A stretch of DNA of 64,000 nucleotides from an uncultured delta proteobacterium. GTDB lineage: Bacteria > Myxococcota > B64-G9. The stretch covers positions 96,001-160,000 of the forward strand of contig CAVWHX010000005.1 of assembly GCA_963754925.1 (NCBI GenBank). Direction: 5' to 3'. Both the position numbers and the translations under genes were made by a program. The notes beneath the pieces were generated by a model. It had not been told where the DNA came from. It was given only the letters and a program-made list of their open reading frames with translations, and searched no databases. Below are positions 35,845 through 46,911 of this stretch, piece after piece (positions within the stretch are counted from its first letter, which is position 1; each line of letters starts with the position of its first letter).

Positions 35845-36089
35845 GGTATCTCCTCTCATTGGTCAAAAAAATTGGTTTGAAAGTTAAACAATCCCGCACC
35901 TTTTTACAAGAAGCTTTCCCGAGATTTTCGTAGTTACCGTCAAAGGCGGGAGAAGCATAGTAAGGATTTTGGTGCCTGTCAACAGCGATATTCAATATGG
36001 TGCTCGGTAATGAGCGATGGGTGGTTGTTGGGGAGAGCTTAAACGATGAAGATTGACAGCCGTGGCCTGAATGGAAAACACTCACCCCT

Positions 36090-37604
36090 ATGAGCACGCT
36101 GTCTGAATTATACCGACCGTCGTTGGCGCTGTTGACCGATCTCTACCAGCTCACCATGGCCTACGGCTATTGGAAGCTGGGACTTGCCGATCGCGAGGCG
36201 GTTTTCCATATGTCGTTTCGTAGCAACCCCTTTCGGGGCGGCTACACCCTGGCGTGTGGTTTAGAGAGCGTGCTGGATTATATCGAGGCGTTTCGTTTCG
36301 AACGTGACGATCTTATCTACCTCGCCACGCTGGTGGGTCACGACGGGCAAGCGCTCTTCGCCCAAGAATTTCTTGATTATCTTGCGGCGCTCCGGCTCAC
36401 CTGCGCTGTTGACGCCATACCCGAGGGCACCGTCGTTTTCCCCGGCGAGCCTCTGCTGCGGGTCCAAGGTCCAATCCTGCAAGGCCAGTTGCTTGAGACC
36501 CCGCTTTTGAACCTGCTCAATTTTCAGAGCTTGATCGCAACCAAGGCCGCGCGCATCTGTTCGGTGACCAAAAACGATCCGGTGCTTGAATTCGGCCTGC
36601 GGCGCGCTCAAGGAATCGATGGGGCCCTCTCGGCCAGCCGCGCGGCGTATGTCGGCGGGGTGGCGGCGACCTCCAATGTGCTGGCCGGACGGCTCTTCGG
36701 CATCCCCGTCCGCGGCACCCACGCCCATAGCTGGGTGATGTTGTTCGACGATGAGCTAGAGTCGTTCCGAGCGTTCGCACAAGCCATGCCCAACAATTGC
36801 ACCTTTGTGGTCGACACCTACGATACCCTCACCGGCGTGCGGCGAGCGGCGCAGGTCGGGCGCGAGCTTGCGGCGCAGGGGCGTACGCTCGCGGGTGTGC
36901 GTCTTGACTCAGGCGACCTGGCCTATCTGAGTATCGAAGCCCGCAAGATCCTCGACGCAGCCGGCCTGAAAGATACCGTGATCATGGGCACAAACGATCT
37001 CGACGAAACGATCATCCAGAGCCTCAAGCAACAGGGTGCAACGATCGGCGTGTGGGGGGTTGGCACCCGCCTGGCGACCGGCTACGATCAACCGGCGTTG
37101 GGAGGGGTATACAAGCTTTCCGCAGTCCGCGGCCGCGATCGGCGCTGGAACTATAAGTTGAAACTCTCTGAACAGGTTATTAAAGTTTCATTGCCGGGTT
37201 TGTTACAGGTTCGTCGCTATCAAGATGCGAACGGTTTTTGCGGCGATATGATAGTTAACCAGGAGCACCCTCCAACCGGAGACTGCCAGATGATGGATCC
37301 GGTTGACGACACTCGGAGGCGGGAATTCGCGGGCACCATGCCGTATGAAGACCTCTTGGTGCCGGTGCTGCGCGACGGGGCGTGTGTCTACCCGCGGCCG
37401 TCGCTGAACGCTATGCGGACCCGTGCGGCCGATCAGCTGGCTCGATGCCACACCGGGATCAAGCGATTGCTCAATCCCCATCGCTATCCGGTGGGTCTTG
37501 AGCAGGGATTGTATCGATTGAGGAACGAATTGATATTGAAAGCGCGCCATCAGTCGGGAAGCGGAGCGTCAGGCGACCCGCTCGCGCCGGGAGGAGTGGA
37601 TTGA
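36090..37604 (+). CDS. pncB: Nicotinate phosphoribosyltransferase
   Basis: LLTDLYQLTM, EFGLRRAQ, GTHAHSW, DTYD, VRLDSGDL and GGVYKL. Confidence 0.96.
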   Translation: MSTLSELYRPSLALLTDLYQLTMAYGYWKLGLADREAVFHMSFRSNPFRGGYTLACGLESVLDYIEAFRFERDDLIYLATLVGHDGQALFAQEFLDYLAALRLTCAVDAIPEGTVVFPGEPLLRVQGPILQGQLLETPLLNLLNFQSLIATKAARICSVTKNDPVLEFGLRRAQGIDGALSASRAAYVGGVAATSNVLAGRLFGIPVRGTHAHSWVMLFDDELESFRAFAQAMPNNCTFVVDTYDTLTGVRRAAQVGRELAAQGRTLAGVRLDSGDLAYLSIEARKILDAAGLKDTVIMGTNDLDETIIQSLKQQGATIGVWGVGTRLATGYDQPALGGVYKLSAVRGRDRRWNYKLKLSEQVIKVSLPGLLQVRRYQDANGFCGDMIVNQEHPPTGDCQMMDPVDDTRRREFAGTMPYEDLLVPVLRDGACVYPRPSLNAMRTRAADQLARCHTGIKRLLNPHRYPVGLEQGLYRLRNELILKARHQSGSGASGDPLAPGGVD

Positions 37605-38988
37605 GCGCCCGCATAGCTCTCTATGGCGGCAGCTTTAACCCGCCTGGTCGGCACCATCGCGCCCTGGTGGAACGTTTGGCTCAGGAGTTCGATCGGGTGG
37701 TGATCGTGCCCTGCGGTCCGCGCCCGGATAAATCCACCACGAGTGACATCGAGCCGATCCACCGCGCGAGCCTGGCCGATCTTGCCTTTGGGGATCTTCC
37801 GAACGTCCAGGTTGAGCTGTTCGACCTCGAGCAATCCACCTTTACGCGCACGGTGGATCTCGAACACAAGTTTAGTGACTTGGGTGAGCTATGGCACGTG
37901 ATCGGCGCCGATCAACTCGCACGCGGCCCTGACGGCCTCAACGCCATCCAATGTGAATGGCAGGCAGGCAAAGAAATATGGCAGCAGTTGAAGTTCGCGG
38001 TCGTCACCCGGCCCGAATACCCTCTGGTGCCGGATGAGTTGCCGCGGCACCATCAGCTCTTCACCTGGAGCCTCCCCGGGGCGAGCTCGCTCATCCGCGA
38101 ACGAATTTTTAAGCGTGAGCCGGTCGGCGACGTAGTAAGCCCGGAGGTTGAGCGCTACATCCAACGATATGGTTTGTACAGCGGCCGCCCCCCGAGCGGG
38201 TCAGCCAAATTTCGATTGCCGATCCCCGCATCATGTTGCTGGTTAATGAAGAGATCCCCATCGCCCGCGAGATGGGAGCGGCGCTCGAACGTTTCATTGA
38301 CCCGCGACAACCGAACCTTATCGCAGTCGTGGGCGGCGACGGCACTATGTTGCACGCCATCCGCAAATACTGGCGCAAGCGCCTACCGTTCTTTGGGATC
38401 AACGCCGGACACCTGGGATTCTTGCTCAATGAGCTCACCTCGGTAGACAATCTACCCGCGAGCACGGCCGGGCTCATCGTCCAGCAGTTGCCCCTGCTGT
38501 GGGTCGAGACCGAGAACACCCGGGGAGAAATCCAACGCTCACTGGCCTTCAATGATGCCTGGGTGGAGCGGGGTTCGGGACAGAGCGCTCGGATCGAGGT
38601 GCGGGTCAACGGGAAGCCGCGCATTGCTTCGATGGTGGCCGATGGGGCCTTGTTGGCTACCGCGGCTGGTTCAACAGCCTATGCGCACGCTATCGGTGCA
38701 ACGCCGGTTCCGATCGGCACCCCCGTGCTGATTCTGGCGGGATCGAATGTCGTCAGACCCCAAGGGTGGAGATCGGCGGTGCTGCCGCTGGATGCCGAGG
38801 TTGAGTTTTGTTCGCAAGACCCGGAGGGACGGCCGTTGCGGGGATTCGTTGACGGCGTCGATCAGGGAACCATGGTGCGGCTCCGTGCTCGGATGAGCCG
38901 CATTGCAGCCGCCGAGCTGGCGTTTCTGCCCAACCATGATATGGCCGAAAAGCTGGCGCACATCCAATTTCCCCCGCAGCAACGTTAA
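37601..38988 (+). CDS. Probable NadD-like adenylyltransferase + NAD kinase fusion, frameshift near 38222
   Basis: GGSFNPP, VIGAD and SSLIRE in the first frame; GGDGTML, GHLGFL, FND, ADG and GSTAYA in the overlapping second frame. Confidence 0.8.
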
Positions 38989-38992
38989 CCGG

Positions 38993-39799
38993 CTAGAAGT
39001 TTTCGTATAACAGCGGCTCGCGCTCCCGAATGAAACGGATGATCGCGTCGTGATCCGCTTGCGCGAGGGTCAAAAACTGCACCCCAATACCCGGGGCGAG
39101 ATCGGAGGTGAACTTATTGTATTCGCGGTGCCAACGCACCACTCCCAGAGTCTTAATCGGCGGGTGGCGGGGGAGCGAGATGGTCAGCTCGATCTCAGTG
39201 CCGAGCGCCGGCACCTCATAGGTGGCGATGAACAAGCCGCCTTCGGAAAGGTTTTCGGTCAGGCCGGTATAGAAGTTGTGCTCGGTGTGCATCGATACAT
39301 CGACCGCCACCGCCAGGCGGGGGTGCACACGATTGTTCCGCTTGTCGGGAGCATCGGTTGCTTTGGCTGCCGTTTTTGGCTGCGCAACCTCCAGAGAAAA
39401 CGAGGCTTCTTTTTGAGAGTCATCGAATGCGCGCTGCTCCTCCTGGCGCGCTCGGCGCTGGTCGATTTGATCCATTTGCGCCTGAAAAGCCTCACATTCC
39501 TTCGCAAGCTTTTTGCGCTGCGTGATGATGCGCGTACGATGGTCGCCGATTGCTTGAGCCTCAGCCTGCAGCTCCTTCTTGCGTTTCTGAAGGTTGGCCT
39601 CTTCGGCGGCGAGCGCGCGAATCCGTTCCTCAAGCTTGGCCGCTTGAGCATTGATTCCGCCATCTTCCTCATCCAACTGTTGGCCAGTCTGGTCGAGCGC
39701 GTGGACCTGCGTTTCAATCCGGTCTCGCTCGGCCTGGAGCTGAACCAGCATTTGATCGATGGCTGCGGATGGTGGCGAAGTATCTGTGTTCCTAGGCAT
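38993..39799 (-). CDS. Coiled-coil + PilZ (TIGR02266-like) protein
   Basis: Long heptad N-terminus; RVHPR and NFYTGLTENLSEGGLFIAT; PGIGVQF. Confidence 0.85.
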   Translation of the reverse strand: MPRNTDTSPPSAAIDQMLVQLQAERDRIETQVHALDQTGQQLDEEDGGINAQAAKLEERIRALAAEEANLQKRKKELQAEAQAIGDHRTRIITQRKKLAKECEAFQAQMDQIDQRRARQEEQRAFDDSQKEASFSLEVAQPKTAAKATDAPDKRNNRVHPRLAVAVDVSMHTEHNFYTGLTENLSEGGLFIATYEVPALGTEIELTISLPRHPPIKTLGVVRWHREYNKFTSDLAPGIGVQFLTLAQADHDAIIRFIREREPLLYENF

Positions 39800-39989
39800 T
39801 GCATCCCCTCCAGACGAAAGAAACGTCTTCTCTACGTGTTATCAGGCGGTGGAGTTTTCGTACGTTTTCTCTACCACGTCTTCTTCATATAGCATGTACC
39901 AAGGTCACTGGTTGGTCAAGAACCAAACCATAGTTCTGCGGGTGAAGAGGCGTTGACAGGGAGAGCGCTGGGTGCATACGTACTGGTCT

Positions 39990-41285
39990 ATGAGTAACCG
40001 ACCCAGCCCGCCGTTGATTATTTTGTTAGCGTTGAGCTGGCTTACCGCCTGCCAACGATCAGGAACCGAGGCTGTGCCGAAAGCCGAGGCGCCGAACGCG
40101 GCCAATCAACCAAAGGCGGTTGGGTGGAACGGCGCAACAGTTTCGGCTGACCTGCCCCCGGGGCCATCGGAGCCCATTGTTGAGTCGGCGCTCGTCGAAC
40201 CAACCGATACCATCTATGTGGTAATCGCGGGAATGGCTGCCACAAAGGATGCGATTGAAACCATATATCGCACCGTAACCACGGTACCCGCGGTGCCGGT
40301 GGGGTATCCGGCGCTGGAGCAGTCGGTGAGCCTTTTGGGAGTGGGGGAAGGCACGCTCGTGCTGGCGGGTAAGTATTTGACCGCTGGGCCTGCCGCTGGT
40401 TTGCGGGACGCGTTAGAAAAAGCAGGAGTCGCCAAAGCCCAGGTGGTGACCGTGCCCTATCGTCACGACCGCTACCGGCCGGCCCTCAACGATACCTCCG
40501 GTGCGAAGGTTGCGGTGGTGTTCGCGGGAATGGCTGCGGTTGAGGTACCCCTTTTTTCACAGCCTTCGCTCATGGCGCCAGGGTCTGGGCAGGCGTTGCC
40601 GGATGGAGCGTTGGTAAAGGTGCTGGGCCGCGTCGAGGTCGATCGGCAGGTGTGGTTTTTGGTTGAGGGCGGCTACCTGCCGGCCGCGCGGCTCTTGCTC
40701 CACTACAACGTTTTCCCCGATGCGACCGGTCGGTATGCCGTTTATGGCATTGAGCTCGATTGCCTCCAGGGACATTGTGGTTGGGACTACTGGCTGGTCA
40801 ACCGAACCTTGTCGCAACGTCAGTTGCTCGCCGGCAACGCCGAGCGCTTGACCCATGCGTTTTCGCCGGATAGCCGATGGCTCGCCTTCGCCGTGCCGCC
40901 GGGGCAATCAATGCAGCTCACCCGCTGCGGGCAGGCCGCCGTTTTCAATCTTGGGCCGGGTATTAGCCCGAGTTGGACGGCCGGCGGCCGCATGGTGATC
41001 TTCCGACGTCCGGGAAGAAGCGGCCAGCGCGACGCAGTGGTTGTTGCGGAGACGCCTGATTGGCGGGTGCGAACCGTCCTCGACCTCGAAGGAACGCCAG
41101 CCTACCCGGATACGATCGCAGCGTATCCCCCTTCGGTTGAGGTGAGCTCGACCAAGGATACCTTGGTAACGGCGTTCTACCGGCCGATCGTCAAGGATGG
41201 CAGAACGGCAATCGAACGCCATCTCATAGAGTTTACCGTCGAGGGCGCCATTCTCAAACGGAACATTGAGCCGTTGACACAATAA
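39990..41285 (+). CDS. Hypothetical lipoprotein with SH3-like and TolB/PD40-like segments
   Basis: Lipobox LTAC; AFSPDSRWLAF and SPSWTAGG repeats. Confidence 0.55.
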   Translation: MSNRPSPPLIILLALSWLTACQRSGTEAVPKAEAPNAANQPKAVGWNGATVSADLPPGPSEPIVESALVEPTDTIYVVIAGMAATKDAIETIYRTVTTVPAVPVGYPALEQSVSLLGVGEGTLVLAGKYLTAGPAAGLRDALEKAGVAKAQVVTVPYRHDRYRPALNDTSGAKVAVVFAGMAAVEVPLFSQPSLMAPGSGQALPDGALVKVLGRVEVDRQVWFLVEGGYLPAARLLLHYNVFPDATGRYAVYGIELDCLQGHCGWDYWLVNRTLSQRQLLAGNAERLTHAFSPDSRWLAFAVPPGQSMQLTRCGQAAVFNLGPGISPSWTAGGRMVIFRRPGRSGQRDAVVVAETPDWRVRTVLDLEGTPAYPDTIAAYPPSVEVSSTKDTLVTAFYRPIVKDGRTAIERHLIEFTVEGAILKRNIEPLTQ

Positions 41286-41361
41286 TATCCCCCGTATATC
41301 GTACTAACCTGTCAATCAGCATAGTGGTCGATGACCCAATATTTTACATGGAGGGGATACC

Positions 41362-41820
41362 ATGAAAAAAGCCATTGCAGGTTTTATCTCGACACCAGAT
41401 GACTTCGGCGTTTTTGTAGCGCGGGTAATGCTCAGTATTGTTTTCATTCCCCACGGCTCGCAAAAGCTTCTGGGGCTTTTTGGGGGATACGGCTTTACCG
41501 GAACGATGGAGTCGTTCACCTCAAATGGGATGCCGGCGGTTCTGGCGTTTCTCATCATAATGGCGGAGTCCCTCGGATCGCTGGCGCTGCTGGTCGGATT
41601 TTTCGGAAGATTCATGGCGTTTGGCATCGGCATGGTCATGTCGGGCGCCATACTCATGGTGCACCTACACAATGGGTTTTTCATGAATTGGTTTGGAACG
41701 CAAAAAGGCGAGGGATTTGAGTATCATCTTCTCGCGTTGGGATTGGCGCTGGTCATTATGATCAAGGGCAGCGGAAAGTTCTCGGTCGATAGACTCCTGC
41801 ACAAATTCTTAACTAACTAG
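41362..41820 (+). CDS. DoxX-family membrane protein
   Basis: HGSQKLLGLFGG and GFEYHLL. Confidence 0.92.
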   Translation: MKKAIAGFISTPDDFGVFVARVMLSIVFIPHGSQKLLGLFGGYGFTGTMESFTSNGMPAVLAFLIIMAESLGSLALLVGFFGRFMAFGIGMVMSGAILMVHLHNGFFMNWFGTQKGEGFEYHLLALGLALVIMIKGSGKFSVDRLLHKFLTN

Positions 41821-43632
41821 TTACGGCATCACCAGTAGTTGTTTAAGCTTCTCCACCGTGAATCCGAAGTGATCGCGGCAGGCGTCGAGCGTGCGGAAGG
41901 AGGCACCCAGTCCTTCGATGCACTTGGACGCGATCCGCGGCCGCAGCCCAAGCTCCTGGGTTAAATCGTAAACGAACGAGCGCAACGTGCCGGGCGCAAC
42001 ATCTTCTTCGATGGTGATGATCAACTCTGTCTGCGAGAGGCGTTCACGGTAATAATCGCGATCAATCGGTCCGTGAAAAACCCCCTGAACCATCAAGCCG
42101 AAGCCCTTGAAGTCGGTAGTAAGCATGCAATCAAGGGCAAGGCGGGTGCTGACCGTGCCGGTCGTCATAAAACAGCGGCTGAAATCGCCGCCTATGACCA
42201 GGGGCCGATCGATGACCAGAGGCTGGTTTGGAATCTCCAACGGCATGGGCGTTCGACGCAGGCGCAGGTATACCGAGCGCGATTGCGGCCCTACGGCCCA
42301 GTCCAAAAAGGCGTGGGTTTGTTCCGTGGTGACGGGCTCAAGAATGGTGAGGCCCGGTATAGCGTTCATTAAGGCCAGGTCGAAGATTGATTGGTGGGTC
42401 TTGCCGTCGGCAAAGTAACACAAGCCGGCATAATGGCCGACATAGATGATCTTTTTACCCTCGGTTGCGTTGACGAAAAGCTGATCCAAAGCGCGTTTGT
42501 AAAACGTTGCGTAGGTATTGACGACGGGAAGCTTGCCGTAGAGCGCAAGCCCGCCGGCGCATGAAACCATGTCTTGTTCACTGATGCCCATTTCTAAGAA
42601 GCGCGGATGGCCGACCAGGGCGTCCAGGCCGCATGAATGTACCAGATCGGCGTCCAGGACCGTAATCTCTGGGTAACGGTCGAGGTTTTCGGCAAGCCAT
42701 TGCGCATACGCATCGCGCGTTGCGAGCGGTTTGGAACCCTTCGCTGGGGCGGGCGGCACGCGAGGATGCGCCCGCGTACGATACGCTTCAAATTCTTCTT
42801 GCAGCACGCGATCCGAAGCGCGTTCGACCTGCTCGGCGACAATCTTGAGATAGAGCTCATCGTCGGGGACCCGTCCGTGCCAGGGTTGCCTGCCGGCGCG
42901 GGGGGCAAGATACGAGCTTCCGCCGGCTTTTATGGTATGGGCCAGTATGACCAGAGGTCTGCCCGCGTTTTGCTCCCAAGCCTCTGCCACAGCATTGACA
43001 TCGTGGCCGTCGATATCGATTGACGAAAGGCCGAGCCCGTCGAAGAGTCGTCGATAGTCGGCGATTCCCTTGACGTGTTCGACCGCGAGCTCACTTTGGA
43101 ATCCATTGAGATCGATGATGGCGGTGACATTGGTGAGCTTTCGCTGCGCGAGCGTTTGAAAAGCTTCGAAGACCTGGCCTTCCTGGAGCTCGCCGTCACC
43201 CAGAATGACGGCGAAGCGCAGTGAAGGTTGGTACAGGGCGAGCCCCAGGGTCTTGGAAAGCGCTTGGCCGAGCGAACCGGTGTTGGTGAGAATCCCGGGG
43301 GTCGAATGGTCGGTATGGGCTTGGAGCGCGTTGGGGCCGTCTTGATATGAAAGCAGCATGCGCCTATCGATCCATCCTCGCCCAAACAAGCAGGCATATT
43401 GCATGGCGGCCGCGTGGCCTTTGGAGAGCACCACGTTTTCCTCGCCGAAACGAAAGTACAGCACGGTCAAAAGCTCGGTGATGGAATAGCTCGCTCCGAT
43501 CCAGCCGTGCTCGGCGCTCTTGATGCAACTGAGGGCGTTGATGCGGTTGAAGGCACAGAGCTTGCGCAGGATACGATCGCTCGTCTCGTCCTGACGCTGA
43601 TAATGATGTTGGTCGACAACAAAAAGGTCCAT
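41821..43632 (-). CDS. Single-chain transketolase-family ThDP enzyme
   Basis: LSKGHAA, TGSLGQ, GDGELQEG...N, GISEQ and DGKTHQ. Confidence 0.88.
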   Translation of the reverse strand: MDLFVVDQHHYQRQDETSDRILRKLCAFNRINALSCIKSAEHGWIGASYSITELLTVLYFRFGEENVVLSKGHAAAMQYACLFGRGWIDRRMLLSYQDGPNALQAHTDHSTPGILTNTGSLGQALSKTLGLALYQPSLRFAVILGDGELQEGQVFEAFQTLAQRKLTNVTAIIDLNGFQSELAVEHVKGIADYRRLFDGLGLSSIDIDGHDVNAVAEAWEQNAGRPLVILAHTIKAGGSSYLAPRAGRQPWHGRVPDDELYLKIVAEQVERASDRVLQEEFEAYRTRAHPRVPPAPAKGSKPLATRDAYAQWLAENLDRYPEITVLDADLVHSCGLDALVGHPRFLEMGISEQDMVSCAGGLALYGKLPVVNTYATFYKRALDQLFVNATEGKKIIYVGHYAGLCYFADGKTHQSIFDLALMNAIPGLTILEPVTTEQTHAFLDWAVGPQSRSVYLRLRRTPMPLEIPNQPLVIDRPLVIGGDFSRCFMTTGTVSTRLALDCMLTTDFKGFGLMVQGVFHGPIDRDYYRERLSQTELIITIEEDVAPGTLRSFVYDLTQELGLRPRIASKCIEGLGASFRTLDACRDHFGFTVEKLKQLLVMP

Positions 43633-43736
43633 GATTTTTTCTCGGCGTTTTCAAATACCCATAAGCAACGCCGCAGCAGCGAAACGCTCAAGCGCTGCCG
43701 TGCTCAATAAAACCGGCGCTCAGGTTACCATCGGCG

Positions 43737-44576
43737 TCAAGCCGAGGCAACCAAGCATTCTTCTTGTCGTGAACGACGCTCTGCAGTGAAGAGGGTGGCG
43801 AACTGGTGCAGGGTAATGCCATCGGCTTCTCTATTCCTGTCAAACGCTGCCGCCAAATCTGCTCGGAGCGATGCACGGAGATGCTGTGGAACGAGGCTCA
43901 TAAAGTTGCCAAAAGAGCTCGACTCGTTGAAATCGACAACATCCTCACCGCTCGGGAGGACTTGCACGCGTCTCACGACATGGAGCTCGATGAGTTCAAA
44001 CCGCTGTTCGACCAACAAGGTGACCAGCTCGGTTGTTGTGAGATACCGATTTATCAAATCAAACACCGACGGGTTCAGCTTTTCCAGGTACGGCGGTCGG
44101 CCAAACACGGACGCGCAGATGGTCGGCACCGTGCCGACCAGATAAAGCTCCCTGGGCAAGGTAGTACACCCCAGTCGTCCACCCGGGCGCAGCACCCGGC
44201 GAATCTCCGCGAGCGCCTTGGTCTTGTCCTCTATCCAATGAAACACGGCGCTCAGACACACCGCATCAAAGCTCTCGTCGGGAAAGCAACGAAGGTCCTC
44301 CGCGCTCCCAACCTCGAAGCGTATATCGCTGTTGCGGTTACGCGCCACGGCAATGCGTTCCGCCAAGGGATCGACACCGACCACAACGCCGCTCGGCCCG
44401 ACGCGTTTGTGGATCCAGCAAGCGAGTCGACCCGTGCCGCATCCGACATCGAGCACGCGATCACCCGCCTTGACGCCAAGCCTTTCGACTATCTGCTTAC
44501 CGCCGTTAAACTGCGAGTCGCTAATCCTGTCATAGATTTCGGCGAGGTGACGGTTATCGTGGTCGTAGGATGTCAT
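43737..44576 (-). CDS. Class I SAM-dependent methyltransferase
   Basis: VLDVGCGTG, FDAV..SAVFHW and LRPGG. Confidence 0.9.
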   Translation of the reverse strand: MTSYDHDNRHLAEIYDRISDSQFNGGKQIVERLGVKAGDRVLDVGCGTGRLACWIHKRVGPSGVVVGVDPLAERIAVARNRNSDIRFEVGSAEDLRCFPDESFDAVCLSAVFHWIEDKTKALAEIRRVLRPGGRLGCTTLPRELYLVGTVPTICASVFGRPPYLEKLNPSVFDLINRYLTTTELVTLLVEQRFELIELHVVRRVQVLPSGEDVVDFNESSSFGNFMSLVPQHLRASLRADLAAAFDRNREADGITLHQFATLFTAERRSRQEECLVASA

Positions 44577-44660
44577 ACTATCGCTCTCCTTGCGGCAATA
44601 TGTTTAATACACAAGCCAATCTATGGCAAGACTGCTAACGCACTTTCGAGCGAGTTGCTT

Positions 44661-45248
44661 TTATTCTTGCGGCGTCGGGACACATAACCGCTTGGCGAGA
44701 TCCTCGGCTTGTGAAAGAATATCCGGGCGTGCGACGATCTGTGCCAGGTCATTCGTTTCGCAAGCCTGTATGAGATGCAATTCGTCAAAGCCGTAGAAGC
44801 GGAAGTAAAACCCATAGCGAGGAAAAATATCCGTATGAGAACCTTCGGCCGCCCCCTGAACTTGTATGAATACCAACTTCTTTCCCGGGGGCAGCCGGCA
44901 GGGCTGGGGGTTGCTCATGTAGTCGGGTTTTAGAAATGAAAACGTCCGTTCGAGAAAGGCTCTGATCTGATGATTGACATCACCGTAATAAACGGGTGTG
45001 GCTATGACCAGGATATCCGCCGCACGGACGTTGTTGAGTACCTCCGTGAGATCATCCCGCAAAACACATTCGCCCTCTTGACCCTGCTGGCAGCTTCGGC
45101 AGGCTTGACAGCCACGAAAGCGTATCTTGTGAAGTGAGTATGTCCGCACCTCGGCGCCGGCCTGTTTGGCTGTTTGATTGAAACGTTCTGCAATCATGCT
45201 GCTGTTTGACGCTTTTCGAGGACTTCCTAATATTGTGACTATCTTCAT
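44661..45248 (-). CDS. Iron-sulfur flavoprotein / NADPH-dependent FMN reductase family
   Basis: GSPRKASNS, CQACRSC...C and ATPVYYG. Confidence 0.88.
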   Translation of the reverse strand: MKIVTILGSPRKASNSSMIAERFNQTAKQAGAEVRTYSLHKIRFRGCQACRSCQQGQEGECVLRDDLTEVLNNVRAADILVIATPVYYGDVNHQIRAFLERTFSFLKPDYMSNPQPCRLPPGKKLVFIQVQGAAEGSHTDIFPRYGFYFRFYGFDELHLIQACETNDLAQIVARPDILSQAEDLAKRLCVPTPQE

Positions 45249-45512
45249 TAGTAATTCTCCTTCCGGTTTCCTAATTATCTAAACTTCTAAAATTATCGAA
45301 ATTCAAAATAAAAATTATTTCCAGATTCTCATATTAATAAAAGTGGAGAAACTCCAATATCTTAGGGTCAACCCAAAAGCTGATATTTGACCGTTGCGTA
45401 TAATTTGATTAGGCCTGCGTTTTGTAAGATGAGATTGTATTTGGGATGCGTTATCAAAGTGCAATGTGGTGCAGAGCGTAAGCCAGCTTTGCGCCGCGTC
45501 GAGTCGGCTGGA

Positions 45513-46557
45513 TTAGATACAGTGCAACAAGGTAAAGGCGGATGTGCTGCCGTCGCTCAACGTCAGCGTGGCTTCGCCGCAGGAAGTGCTGAATGTCAGG
45601 ATCTCCGTCCTGCCGGCGTACGGTCCATGAGTGAACGTCGTCGTGACATTGCCTGATGTTGGGAAGCAGCAAGGAGTAGCGTCGATGGTTTGGCCATAAC
45701 CTACCGTGTTGAATGAGGTCGTGCTGGTAAATTTCGCAAGATTATGTTGCACCGTGACCGTTCCGGTGACAACGCGGCTGGTTCCCGCGCCATGTACCGA
45801 TATACCGGCAGTGCCCGTCGTAACGGTGTGGTCCCACCATTCCCTGGCCTTACCGCTGACCGGAGTCAACGTTCCCGTCAGGTGGCTTCCGTTGATAGTC
45901 AGTTTCTTCGATGTGGCGCACGCGCTTGAACCACACTCGATCACCACGCCCTTGCTGTTCGCCGCGGGAACAACCGACCCGTCCCAGCCGGTTCCTGCGC
46001 CGTTGGTGTCATGGGTGATGGCATACGTGTTGTCATTGGGACCAGTAAGCGTGCGCGTATTGCCGCCTGTCGCCGTTGTAAGCGTCTGCTTGCAGCTGGC
46101 GGTTTGGTCCTCCATCGAGGCATCCGGCCCGGTACAGTTTATGTCATAAGCTCAGCAAAAAATCGCCGTTCCATTCCGAGGTTGCGGTCTTATCATTGGC
46201 CCACGTGATCGAGCAGCTTTTCGGCTTGAATGTGTAGGCGGAATTACCGAGAGGGTCAGGTGTAGCGTTACCATAAGTCGGAGTTAGCGTCCCGCCGGTG
46301 CAGGTCCATTTAGCGGCTAAAGCTGTGCTGATGGGCTTCAACAGCTCAACTGCACGTAGGATAATCGATTTTCGCTCGATCGGCAAATTCCAACCGACTA
46401 AACTTAGGTTCGAGTTGTTGTTTAGAGCCCCGCTAACGGCACTGACCGCGATGTCCGAGCCAGTGCCGTCACTGCCGCCCGAGCTCGAAGAGCCGCAGCC
46501 TATTTGGAAGCCTCCGACCAATGCGCACACCAGTATTGTCGTTGCGATTCTTTTCAT
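45513..46557 (-). CDS. Thr/Gly/Cys-rich hypothetical lipoprotein, frameshift near 46145
   Basis: Lipobox QIGC followed by a Ser/Gly linker. Two consecutive ORFs of the same composition (46144-46557 and 45513-46115). Confidence 0.65.
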
Positions 46558-46814
46558 ATCCTTATTCCTCCTAGCGTTGGCGTCACTGACGCGTTGTTAA
46601 TAAAACTACCCGTTTCAGAAAACAATTCTCGACGATTGGTTATTTGACATAAGGCGACCCACATCAGATGTGCATTTGATTTCCTTACTCTCTCAATTTC
46701 CTACGGTGCTTACTTCAATCGGTTTAAAGCTAAGTCTGGATTACTTTCTGTCAATGATCGTGAAGAATTTTGGGAATTTTGAAATTTTGAGGGATAGTCT
46801 CAATTATGTACATC

Positions 46815-46899
46815 GAGTTGGCTGGCTCAGATACCGTGCAGCAACGTATAGGCGGATGTGCTGCCGTCGCTCGCCGTCAGCCTGGCTTTTCGCCCCGCA
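46815..46899 (-). repeat. Diverged copy of 45501-45581 (3' end remnant of a lipoprotein paralog)
   Basis: Shared core ggcggatgtgctgccgtcgctc. Encodes ARLTASDGSTSAYTLLHGI* versus ATLTLSDGSTSAFTLLHCI*. Confidence 0.85.
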
Positions 46900-46911
46900 T
46901 TATCAACATGC

